Positions 53,328-64,000 of a stretch of DNA of 64,000 bases are shown here, in pieces. Under the pieces are notes generated by a model that made no database searches, had not been told where the DNA came from, and saw only the letters and a program-made list of their open reading frames with translations. Position 1 is the first letter of the stretch. Every line of letters starts with the position of its first letter. Both the position numbers and the translations under genes were made by a program. The DNA comes from Adineta vaga (Eukaryota > Animalia > Rotifera), in assembly GCA_021613535.1 (NCBI GenBank), contig CP075494.1, positions 7,068,001 through 7,132,000 of the forward strand, given 5' to 3'.

Positions 53328-53404
53328 TCAACACATGATATATATATATATAATGCCTGATATTTTTTGAAATTTTTTAAAGATTTATACTTAATTTATT
53401 TAAA

Positions 53405-56291
53405 ATGGGTTTACTGACCCAAGGACATCCGTTAAGTTGGGAGGAAACAAAAAAATATATACAATTTATACGTGAACATGGTATCGAGCAATTTATTCAT
53501 CTTTATAACAAACTTAAAGATCGTCGCAATGATTGTTTAAAATGGGGCGATGAGGTATGCAGATATACAAATATTCAAAAACGAATCAATTTTTATTGAA
53601 ATCTATTAAAATTTAGGTTGAATTTTTAATGATACGTTTTGATCATGAAAATAAAAAGGTTCAATTGGTTCTTAAAGCTCATCAAATCTTACCTACACTT
53701 ACGGAACCTGAACATCAAAATCCTGAGTAAATATTTAATAACTACTAGAGAATAAAATAACCAAAGTTATATTTGCATTTAGTGATTGCACGACATTATG
53801 GCGACCGGAATATGCAGTGAGTCATGAGTGTAATATGACTCATTTATTTTACTCTGTTCGTAATTTTCTAGGATTATATGATTGAAGGTACTCCAGGTCA
53901 ACCATATGGATACTTGCCCGTACATTTCAATATGGTTGAAGCTAATATGCGTCTACGGTACAGTTTGATTGCAACATATAAGCAGAGAACGTAAAAATGT
54001 ATATTATTTTAGACGACAACAAGGTCAAGAATTACTTGGAAAAGATGAATATGTATTGAGTACTTCGAATTTTCCACGGTTAGAATTTTTCTATCTCAAA
54101 ATATGATTATCATGTCTCTTTATTTCTCTTTACTATAGGAATGGATGTCCTAATTTTACATGGCCTCATCATAAGCCAACACCAGATACATCAGCATCGG
54201 CATCACTCTTCTTTCCAGATGAAGTTATCTTTCCTGATCATCCACGTTTCAAGTAATTTTACATTATTTATAATCTAACTTATAATAAAGTTTCTTTTGT
54301 GTTGAAGAACGTTAACACGAAATATTCGTCTGCGCCGTGGATCTAAAGTTTCATTTAATGTTCCAAGTATGTTTAAAAACAAAATGAATTCTTATGTTCG
54401 ATTATTATTCATTTTCTATACATTGCAGTTTTTATTGATGAGAAAACACCTCGTCCATTCATTGAAGATTTATCAGTATACGGTGAAAATGTTGATGCAT
54501 CGGATTCAGCTGCCGCGGAAGATCATATCTACCTTGATGCTATGGGTTTAGGAATGGGTTGTTGTTGTCTTCAGGTTACTTTTCAAGCACAATCAATTGA
54601 TGAAGCAAGATTTCTTTACGATCAACTTACACCATTAACTCCTATTGTGGTAAATCAAAACAAATGCTGTCTTTTCAATTAGTATGTCGTGATATCTCTT
54701 CTAGTTAGCTTTAAGTGCTTCATCACCTATATGGCGTGGCTATCTAGCTGATGTTGATTGTCGATGGAATGTTTTATGTGCAATGGTAGATGATCGAACT
54801 GTTGAAGAACGTGGACTTAAAGTAATGAAGAAAAGTTTTATTTTTTATTTACTATAATCGATATTTACTTCTTCTAGCCACTGGAGAATGATCGATTTCA
54901 TATACCAAAGTCACGTTATTCAAGTGTTGATTGTTACATATCACCAGATAGTGCAATCTATAATGATGTAGATGTAATTCAAGATGCAGATGTTTTTCAT
55001 AGACTTAGTGAGAATGGTAAAAGAAAAGCAAAAGATTACTTTTATCTTATGAACATTCATATTCATTTAGGTATTGATCCACTATTAGCTCAACATATAG
55101 CTCATTTATTTATTCGTGATACGTTAACTTTATTCGAAGAAAAACTTCATTTAGATGATAAACAAGATACCGATCATTTCGAAGTAACAAATAATTCTCG
55201 TTTTCATCGAAAGTAAAATACAAATCCTTTCTCTTAGAATATCAATTCCACGAATTGGCAATCCATGCGATTCAAACCACCTCCAGTTAATAGTAATATA
55301 GGTTGGCGTGTCGAATTTCGACCATCAGAAGTAACATTAACAATTGAGATCTCTTTATCATAATGATACATTTCTATTTCTATAGTTACAAATGACGGAT
55401 TTTGAAAATGCAGCATTAGTTACATTCATTGTATTACTAACACGAGCGATCATGACATATAATTTGAATCTACTTATTCCTATTTCAAATGTATGAAAGA
55501 ATCTATGTTAACTATAATTGATAATCAGGACTTATACGTATTTACAGGTTGATGAGAATATGCAAGCCGCTCAACGACGTGATGCATTACGAACTGAAAA
55601 ATTTCATTTCAGAAAATGTCTTTCAACCAGTAAGACACTAGTGAATAATTGCCTATGATTCATAATTGTTTTTATCGTTTGCAGTGCACACACCTGATAC
55701 ACCATGTATGGCATCGATGCAAAAATCATCTGTTCAAGAAAACGAATGTGAACATCGTTTAATGACTATCAATGAAATTATTAATGGATCGGTATAAGCC
55801 TTATGTTTTATAATCCATAGTTAAATAGAAATTTATTTGATATTTATAGAATGAATTTGTTGGCCTTTTAAAAATCATTCAAGATTATTTATCTAACATT
55901 GAAGTTGATGCTGATACACGATGCACTATCAATCAATATCTGAGTTTAATTAGCAAACGTGCTTCTGGTTTGTTGTAAAGCAAATGAAACATTTCTGTAA
56001 AAGATTATGTTCTTTTTCTTTCAAGGTAAATTGATGACAAATGCAACATGGATGCGGCATGTGGTTACAAGTCATCCGGCATATAAACATGATTCGGTTG
56101 TAAGTGATGAAATTGCTTATGATCTACTCTGGAAAATGACAAAAATCTCAATGGGTGATGAAGAGTGTCCTCAAGTTTTACCTCGAATGTCCTCAAAAAC
56201 AACTTTAGATATATCAGCAGCTGTAGAAAAAGAAAACAATGAGTTGGAAGTGAAACGATCTTTAATGAATCATTATAATCCTCAAGAATAA
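53405..56291 (+). CDS. GCLC: Glutamate-cysteine ligase catalytic subunit (many short introns)
   Basis: [22 protein letters not shown]|VEF, LWRPEYA|[74 protein letters not shown]. Confidence 0.97.
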
Positions 56292-56559
56292 ACCGGTTTT
56301 TAAAAACATTAGTTTGTGTGTGTGTGCGTTTTCTTTTAGTCTTTCATAAAGAGTTCTTTCTTTTTATCTGCTTCTTCATTTTATGTCATACCAATCTGTA
56401 TGTTTTCCTCTCTTTTCGATATGTGTCATGTATTGTCAAGATTTAGTTAGGGAGATAACAAAAAAAAAAGATTAATAAATGTGGTATTTTTTAGTGGTTA
56501 ATAAGAAATAGATGTTCAATAGAAATTAGATAAAAAAATATTAAGTTTGAAAGACTTTG

Positions 56560-58856
56560 TTATTTGTCCAGAATGTATTGATAATAAAGTTCTTCTAAAT
56601 TTTTATCATCAAATAGAGGTTGCATATTGATCATGAGAATTTCAGAAAAATCTTCATCTAATGTTGGTTTAACATAACGTTTATTGGCACCCATGATGAC
56701 AATATCGTTTACATCTTTATGAGCACTATCCGTACCAATCATTTTTCGAAACTAATAATGAAAATTCAGAGACATATAGATGAACTATGATAATTCGATA
56801 ACTTACAAGATTATTATGTTGTGCATGTTCACGTGAGACATTCATAACAAAACATCGACAAGGAACATTGAATTTCTTAGCGACAACAGTATATCTATAT
56901 GAAATAAATGAAAATGAAATTGATACTATATTTCATTGGCTTCATTTACCTTTGTCGTGATTCTATGTCAAGATTAGTATTGTCAATGACAACACTTTGT
57001 TGTTTTTTTAGGGCTGTTTCAGCCATTGCAACACATCGTTGCCAAGTACCAACTTCATCCTAATAATTAAATTTTGTTTTCCATTTTTCAATTAAATAAA
57101 TCTATGTCAAGATCAACTCACTCGATTAATATATTCATATTTATGTGGAACAATGTGTTTTTTCACAAACCAACTTTTTCCTGCTAAATAAATATTGAAA
57201 AAATAAGCTAGTTTTTCTTGCTTCTACAATCAACAACTTACATGCTGGAAGTCCGCACATAACAATAACTTCAATTGTATCCGAAATCAATGCACCATTA
57301 GCTGGTTCCACGAGTGATGAGATTGATCGAAGCGATTTCTACAGAAATACAACATATTTTATATACATCGTTTCAATTGAAAACGTACTGGTTCAAATTT
57401 GGGCATTTCATAGGTAGCTTTGCTCAATCCTAGGAAATATTCTTCTGGTGTATAAAATTTCAAATCAACATTAGCAGCAAACTAAATAGTAGACGAGAAT
57501 AATAAAGGATCGAAGTGATAAATCTTCTTACTAAACGATCAGCACAGGAATGATCCTTTTTTGCTTTTGCTCGCCATTTATCTGGACGACCAGCAGCATC
57601 TAAAATTAATCGTTATTGTCATACAACTAACTAACAAATATCTTTTTCTCTACATACCACCAACAAAGAATGATTTCGCTTTATCAATTTTAATACCATC
57701 ATTATACTAAAACTAATCATAAAACAAGACTAAAGTCACGACAAATATTTTACTTTGGATTCTAAAAGTAGCCATGAACCAATGCATGGCTTTCGATAAC
57801 GACCTGGATGAATAGCAACAAACACCTATCGATATATTATTCTTAGTATTCTATCTAAACTAAATCTTTTGTTTGTTTTTACTTGTAGAGGAACATTTAG
57901 TTTTTGTTGAATGAATTGAATTTTTTTTCGAAAAGGATCTGTCGATGTTGCTTTCATTAGACCACGTTGATTTGTAAATACAACTATTTTATAACTATCT
58001 GTATGTAATTGTTTTAATTTTTTAAAACATGTATCAAATCCAATACGCCAATCATTTTCATCTGTGGGATATACTTTTCCCGATTTTGTTTGAATAATTG
58101 TACCATCCATATCAAAAGCTGCGATCTATTATCATAAATAATTATTGGCAAAAATTATCTTTAAAACTTACTTTTTCACTACTCATTACTCCTTTTGAAG
58201 TAAATACTTCAAGACCATCACATGGTATTTCCCATAAATCTTTCGAGGTTGCTTCTGATACTTTCACAGGATTTAAAGATGTTGTCGTTGTTGCTGTTGA
58301 CGATTGATTAGCGTTTTCTTGCAAACTAGTGAGTTGCTGTAAAACCCAAACTAATCGATTTTCTTCAGCTGAATCTTCATCATCTAGAGTATTGGTCGGA
58401 GTTTTAGGTTTTTTACTCAACGCTTGCTGAACTTCGTCATCATCATCTGTATTCTGTCTTTTCAATGTTGGTTTCTCTGTTGAACATTGATCAATTCGAA
58501 TAGTATAACTAAGTTCATTTTCTAACAATTGAAGCTGATCTCCATCATTTACTAATTGTCTCTTATTTGTATTTATTGGCATTTGATTTACAAATGAAGT
58601 ATTTATACCAAGTTGTTCGACATAGACTTGATCATCTTCAATATGAACAGCAACTATATGAAACACAAGAGATCGTTCTGTAGATAGATTAATTGGTATC
58701 ATTCAATGTACCTTGTTGTCGAGCACATCGTGTTGATTTTATTTTACTCTGCTCATTTCTTCCGATGATTAACCTTTTTGAATCTGTTGATTGAATTTGT
58801 AAATCTGGATAACCAGAATCGTTTGATATTAATTTCACGTTGATCGTCGATGACAT
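56560..58856 (-). CDS. PNKP: Bifunctional polynucleotide kinase 3'-phosphatase
   Basis: FHA (IIGRN..RCARQQ, QLGINTS), HAD phosphatase (AAFDMDGTIIQTKSGKVYP, VFTNQRG, YRKP, FFVG|DAAGRP, DHSCADR), kinase (CGLPASGKS, VIDNTN). Confidence 0.95.
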
Positions 58857-59000
58857 ATTGTCTTAAAAAGAGAGTTTTTTTTTCGATTTTATATCTACGT
58901 AGATAGGAATATTTCTAAGAAATATATTTTTCAAAAAAAAGAAAAGAAAAAAAACTAGAGGAAAAATGATCAAACAGAAAATCTGAGCAAAGAAAACTAT

Positions 59001-60738
59001 TTAATTATTTGTCATTGAACGAATCCATTCATCTTCATTTAATAACATTGTCTCCCAATTTGTCATTGTTTGTGTTTCATGGGATGTTATTAATGGATAT
59101 GTTTGTGTACCATTATCAATTAAATCAAGTAAATCCATGGCATCAAAATCAAATAAAACAGATGATGATGAATCATTCTTGGATAAATCATCAAGTAAAA
59201 ATTCATCAAGAAAACATGATGTACCAACAGATTCTTGATATGGTAAAAGATAATTATCATATTGATTTGTTGTTTGTTCTATTGGATGTTCAGTTATCGT
59301 TTGCATCTGTGTTGATGTCATAGATATTGGTAATGTTTGTACGACGACACTATGATTATTTTCAGATGAATAATTGAGAATATTGGAAATATGACCAACA
59401 GTTTGTATAGACATATCTGAACGTGTTGGAGAAGATATTTGAGTTTCCATATCATTAACAGGTACATTATCCCATTGTGTCATTGTCGAAGCATTGAAAA
59501 CATTCGTTGGTGTATTATAAAATTTAATTGATGATAGATCATCATCAGTTGTTGTTGATATTGTTGTTGTTGTTTTTTTCGTTGAATTTCGTGTACGTTT
59601 TTTAAACATTCTTATACGACTTTGTGTTTGACTAGATTTTTGTTCAGTTGTTTTAGTAGGAATTAATGGTGGTAAATTCAAATCTGTATTTGTTAGAGAA
59701 CAACATTCTGTACCAACAGATACACGTGTATATGTTTGCGTCGCTTTATCACTATCAGATTCACATATATGAATTGAATCAATACTTGATGTTGATGATG
59801 GATTAGGCATTGGTTCTGTATTGAAATGTTTTAATAATTGTAATGCAAGTGGATTGATAGTAACTGGTTGATGAGAAGAAATGTTTTGACGTGAAAGTTC
59901 TATTTGATCAGCTGGAAGTGGTCGACGGCGATTTGGTCGTTTTCGATTGTTTTTAATTGAAGAAGGAAGAGTACTAGAATGAATAAGTGTTAAACAATGC
60001 TTTTCTTCTATCAAAAATGTTTACTTTATCACAGAACAATTGTTTTGAGATTCATTAGGAATATTTAAATGATATTTCAATTGATGTCGACGTAAACTTG
60101 TTCGATTTTGAAATTGTTGAGTACAATTTGAACAAGAAAATGGAGAATGAACACCGCAACTATACGAAAACAAAACACTAATTCTTTTCTTTACTAAATT
60201 TAATTTTCTACAAACATTTTCTCATGCGCAATCATATCTTGATGAAGACCAAACGATTTTAAACATTTTGAACATTGTTCTTTCTTCAAACCATGTTGTC
60301 GTAAATAATGCTACAAGCAAAAGATTCTTTAGTTGAGAAAGAATATTTCTTTCTTTTCTTTACTTACAAGTCGAACAGCATTAAAATTTGAAAATGATAA
60401 TGATTGAGCATGATTTCTTTTACAATGACAATAGAATGTACAATCTTCCATTGGACAATGATATCGTCCGATACGTGATGTATATTTATGAGAAGCCTAT
60501 GTACATATTTACATTGATTACTTAAAAAAAAAGACAGATCTTTTTATACACTTACTGTAACAATTCCTGTTTCTTTATGATACATTTGTAAATGAACATT
60601 CAATGCCATGATGTTTTTAAATAATTTTTGACATTTTTCCGCTGATTCAAATTTATCTTTATGTGGACATTTAACTTGACTGGTTTCATAATTCAATTCA
60701 TCGCTTGTTGGTGTTATACATTCAAATGAAGAATTCAT
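59001..60738 (-). CDS. ATMIN: ATM interactor / ASCIZ-like C2H2 zinc-finger protein with multiple TQT motifs
   Basis: N-terminal ITPTSDEL..KCP..CQKLFKNIMALNVHLQMYH plus further C2H2 fingers (YHCPMEDC, CSKCLKSFG, CSNC..LRRHQLKYH). The disordered tail has LC8-type motifs KATQT, METQI, MSIQT, TSTQMQT, NGTQT and HETQT. Confidence 0.8.
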
Positions 60739-61205
60739 TTCTGTATGTTTATTATATTGATTTATCTGACAACTAATCATTATCGATCGTTGTAGGAAAT
60801 ACTTATTGAATAATAATAATAATAATAAACATTCAAATGCAGCTTGTTTTTATATTACCAGAGTATTTCAATCATTTCAAAAGTATTAATATTTGAGATA
60901 ATAAATAATGAGAATCTAAACTAATTTGATATGGTTAATCAATCGAAGATCATGTAATGCTTACCGTATGATTGAATACGATGTTTGATCAAGATAAACT
61001 CAATTTTAGCTTTAAAATGAAAACATCTAAGAAATATAAAATCAAAAAATAATGATTTGAGCAAATGGTTATTTTAGTTATTGTTTTCACAAATATTTCT
61101 TCAATGAATAACATCAAAAAACAAAGATACATGTAGACTAATGAGCATTTAGATATAAAAGAGAAAGAAGAATTATTGCAACAAATAATTGGCAGAAAAG
61201 AAAAA

Positions 61206-63555
61206 TCAAGTTGAAGAAGAAATTTTACGAGTTTTATTGAATAAGGTTTTCATATCATCAGATAAATTTTCATCAATAATTAATTTCATTTTGATTCGTA
61301 ATTTATCTAAGAAATCATTTCGAAGTGTAGAATCAATTGTTATTAATCGTTCGTCTGTTTTCATTTCTAAACGTTGAATTAAATCTTTAAATTTAATTAC
61401 TAAATCAATTAATTCAAGTTCATTCAGTTTCGACAGATTGAAATCTTGTTCTAAACGACAATTAGCAATTGTTTTGATATATTCACAATAGATTATTGTA
61501 TTGGCTTCATGTCGACGATTAGTTAACCATAAACGAAAATTGGGTGTCGATAAGAATTGTCTATACAAATCTTTCCAATTACCTTTCAAACCTGATGTCA
61601 ATTGAGGACCATATTGGTCTAATGTTTTAAGAAATTCTTCGCTTTCAAATTCTTTTATCGAAGGTGGATCACGACTTGGTTGATAGAATCGTTTTAATGG
61701 TAACAGACTAGTAAAATATCGTTCAAGTGGAATGATAAAACTTTGTGTTAATTCTAAGAAAAATCGACGTAGAAATGCATTTTGAACTGTATCAGGACGT
61801 TGTTGAGAGTTAGTTGATTGAAGTTTCTTAAGTATCGTTTTATCACGTTGTAAATGTGATTTATAATTGGTATATAAACCAACTTTCATATCGAAAGTTA
61901 AATGTGATGTATTATGAGTAAATGTCTGAGTTGGTTTGAAAGGTTTCGATGTTGTTGAAATCTTTTTCGTTACTTTAACTTGTGCTTGAGGTGATGAAGA
62001 TAATTCTATACTATCTTCTAATTCATTCACAGAAAGATTATCATCATCATGTTCGACGAGAAGAAATTTTTCATGTTTTGTTTTCGATTTCATTTGATTA
62101 TCATCGATACGAATGATATGAGGCCATTGATGAAGAAGTTTAGCAAAGAATGGATTCGTTACACCAATGATAATCTTTGGTGGTTGTGATGGTTTTGCAG
62201 ATGAATTGAAAGTTATTTGATGGAATTCACTATTATGTATGGTAAAAAATGGATAATAGTCAGATGCATATCTTAATGGCCATATAATATGAACTGAAAT
62301 AGAAGTAGAAAACATTTGTTAGATTCTGTTGGTATCAATTTTTTTGCAAAGAGGAAAAGAACTTACCGAGTGCTTGAACTGTTTGTGAACATTTCGTTGG
62401 AAAACTTCCAAGAATAGCAATAGGTTCGTTCAGTAAAATCAATTCCCAAAGAAGTTGAATATGTGTTAAAACACATGACAAGGATCGATATGTATTAACA
62501 TCATAGAGATATGGAATGAGACATGGTAATTGTTGTTCATATTTTGGTATCGATTCAACCATTGTACTATTGTTTGCCAACTAAATTAAAAAATTAATTC
62601 AAGAATAATTAATCATGATATTTACTTCTGATTCAACATCATTCTTGGATGATAAATCAAATTCAATATCATCGTCGATAGGAAATTTCAATGATTGATT
62701 AGTGGAATTTTGATTATGATTTGTATTTACTGTTTGAGTTCCATCAGCAATCGAACGAAATTGATTGATATCTGATGGTGAGAAAGGTTTATCACCATGT
62801 GTTGGAATGCGTACTTGAAGTACAGTATCTAATAATGGTAATAGTAAAGTTTTGCCAGGTTCAAGTTCTGGCCATTGATGATCCATCAAATGACAACAGG
62901 CTTCTAAACTTGCTAGGCCATTTTCAAAAAAGTTTCTTGCCAGTTGTTGAACAATCGTCAAAAACAATGAAATGAATGGTAATTTTGATAAAATAACAAA
63001 GGACTTTTGAAAAAAACCACGTTTTATTGACTTATCATGTATTTGACGAAAATTAGCATAACCAAATAGAATATTATTATCAACTTGTAATGCTGCTGGT
63101 ACAGTGGAATTATATAATTGATAATATGTTGTTAAATTTGATGATTCATGATTAAGACGAAAATGATATTGAAAATCACCGAGTGATGTGGAATTTGTAT
63201 CCGGAAATGCTAAGTAAGATAAATTCAATTTTTCTTTCTCCGTTAATTTACAATGAGTTGGTAGAAGAAATTCTATGGATTGTCCTAGTTCGAGATCAAA
63301 TGTCACAACAGCAATGCCATACAACCATTTTTGTAAACGATCCCATGGAAGAAGATTTGATGTTGTTGATGTCGATGGAGGTGATGATGGTAGTGATGCA
63401 GTCGTATGTGTTGATTGTGAAGCAAGATTTGATGACGAAGACGAACTATTTAAATGAGTGCGTGTTAAACGACGTTCAGTTGCCAATAGATCACGATCGG
63501 AATGGGAACGATGAAAGCCAGATGATGTTGGCGATAATGGTACAGCTAAACTCAT
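61206..63555 (-). CDS. DENND6: DENND6/FAM116-like Rab GEF (3 exons)
   Basis: VVTFDLELGQSIE, YLAFPDTNS, RGFFQKSFVILSKLPF, HIQLLWELILLNEP, PLRYASDYYPFFTIHNSEF, IIGVTNPFFAK, RRFFLELTQSFIIPLERYF. Confidence 0.92.
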
Positions 63556-64000
63556 GTTGCTAAGAAAAAACATACGATAAACTTAAGTTTAAGGAAAAAC
63601 GTAAAAAGAAAAGAATGACAAATGATGTGGAGTAAATTGTTATCAAAAAATACCTTTGTCTCTCTAGGATATTTTGACGATAAGAACAACACTTCGTTAT
63701 TTAAACTTCATATCATCATACACTACAAATAGTTGATACTTAGTATGCATGCATAGACACAAAGAATTATTAGTAGTATTTATCTAATTAACATTTATGT
63801 TTATTCTAATCGTTATCGAACAATTAATTAGTATTAACATATACGTATTTATTTCAAGGTAAGTATTAGTAAATTTTCCATACACTTTATTGAAACTATG
63901 TACGTCATACAACCGTTTTTGTTAAAGAAATATTAACTCTAATAAAATCTGTTTTTCTTCTTTTCCAAGTGTGTGATTATTTGCATTTTAATAAAAAAAC

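Noticed and set aside
60809-60828. Short (AAT)n run upstream of ATMIN
   Set aside because: Ordinary microsatellite in AT-rich DNA.

Overview
AT-rich, gene-dense animal genomic DNA with many short (~45-70 nt) GT-AG introns. The gene set (innexin, slingshot, amidated neuropeptide precursor, rhodopsin-type GPCR), tiny introns and intronless non-metazoan-type genes point to a bdelloid rotifer (inference). Two blocks of intron-rich genes flank the window. Left (1.5-23.6 kb): GPCR, DENN protein, neuropeptide precursor, SSH, lipase, FET-like RRM protein, PAQR3, TRM112, BET1L, innexin, BAF-like and fumarase. Right (53.4-63.6 kb): GCLC, PNKP, ATMIN/ASCIZ and DENND6. Between them lies a ~30 kb island of intronless minus-strand genes: a DUF4246 protein and two tandem SecA-like SF2 ATPase genes. 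Repairing single-base frame breaks merges six track ORFs into a ~1380 aa and a ~6137 aa protein. The giant reads: helical/TPR-like region, Gly-rich GxxG tract, SecA motor, hydrophobic hairpin, OTU-like Cys-protease motifs, then a distinct C-terminal domain. This architecture resembles a polymorphic toxin or effector-delivery protein and is the best candidate for an undescribed system. Other highlights are a YLVamide/YWVamide neuropeptide precursor missed by the ORF track, two candidate trans-spliced operons (BET1L-TRM112-PAQR3 and ATMIN-PNKP), an N-terminally extended BAF-like protein, an ARE upstream of GCLC and an internally deleted fumarase duplicate. Single-base frame breaks recur in unrelated genes and are most likely assembly errors. 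All family calls come from motif recognition; no database search was run.
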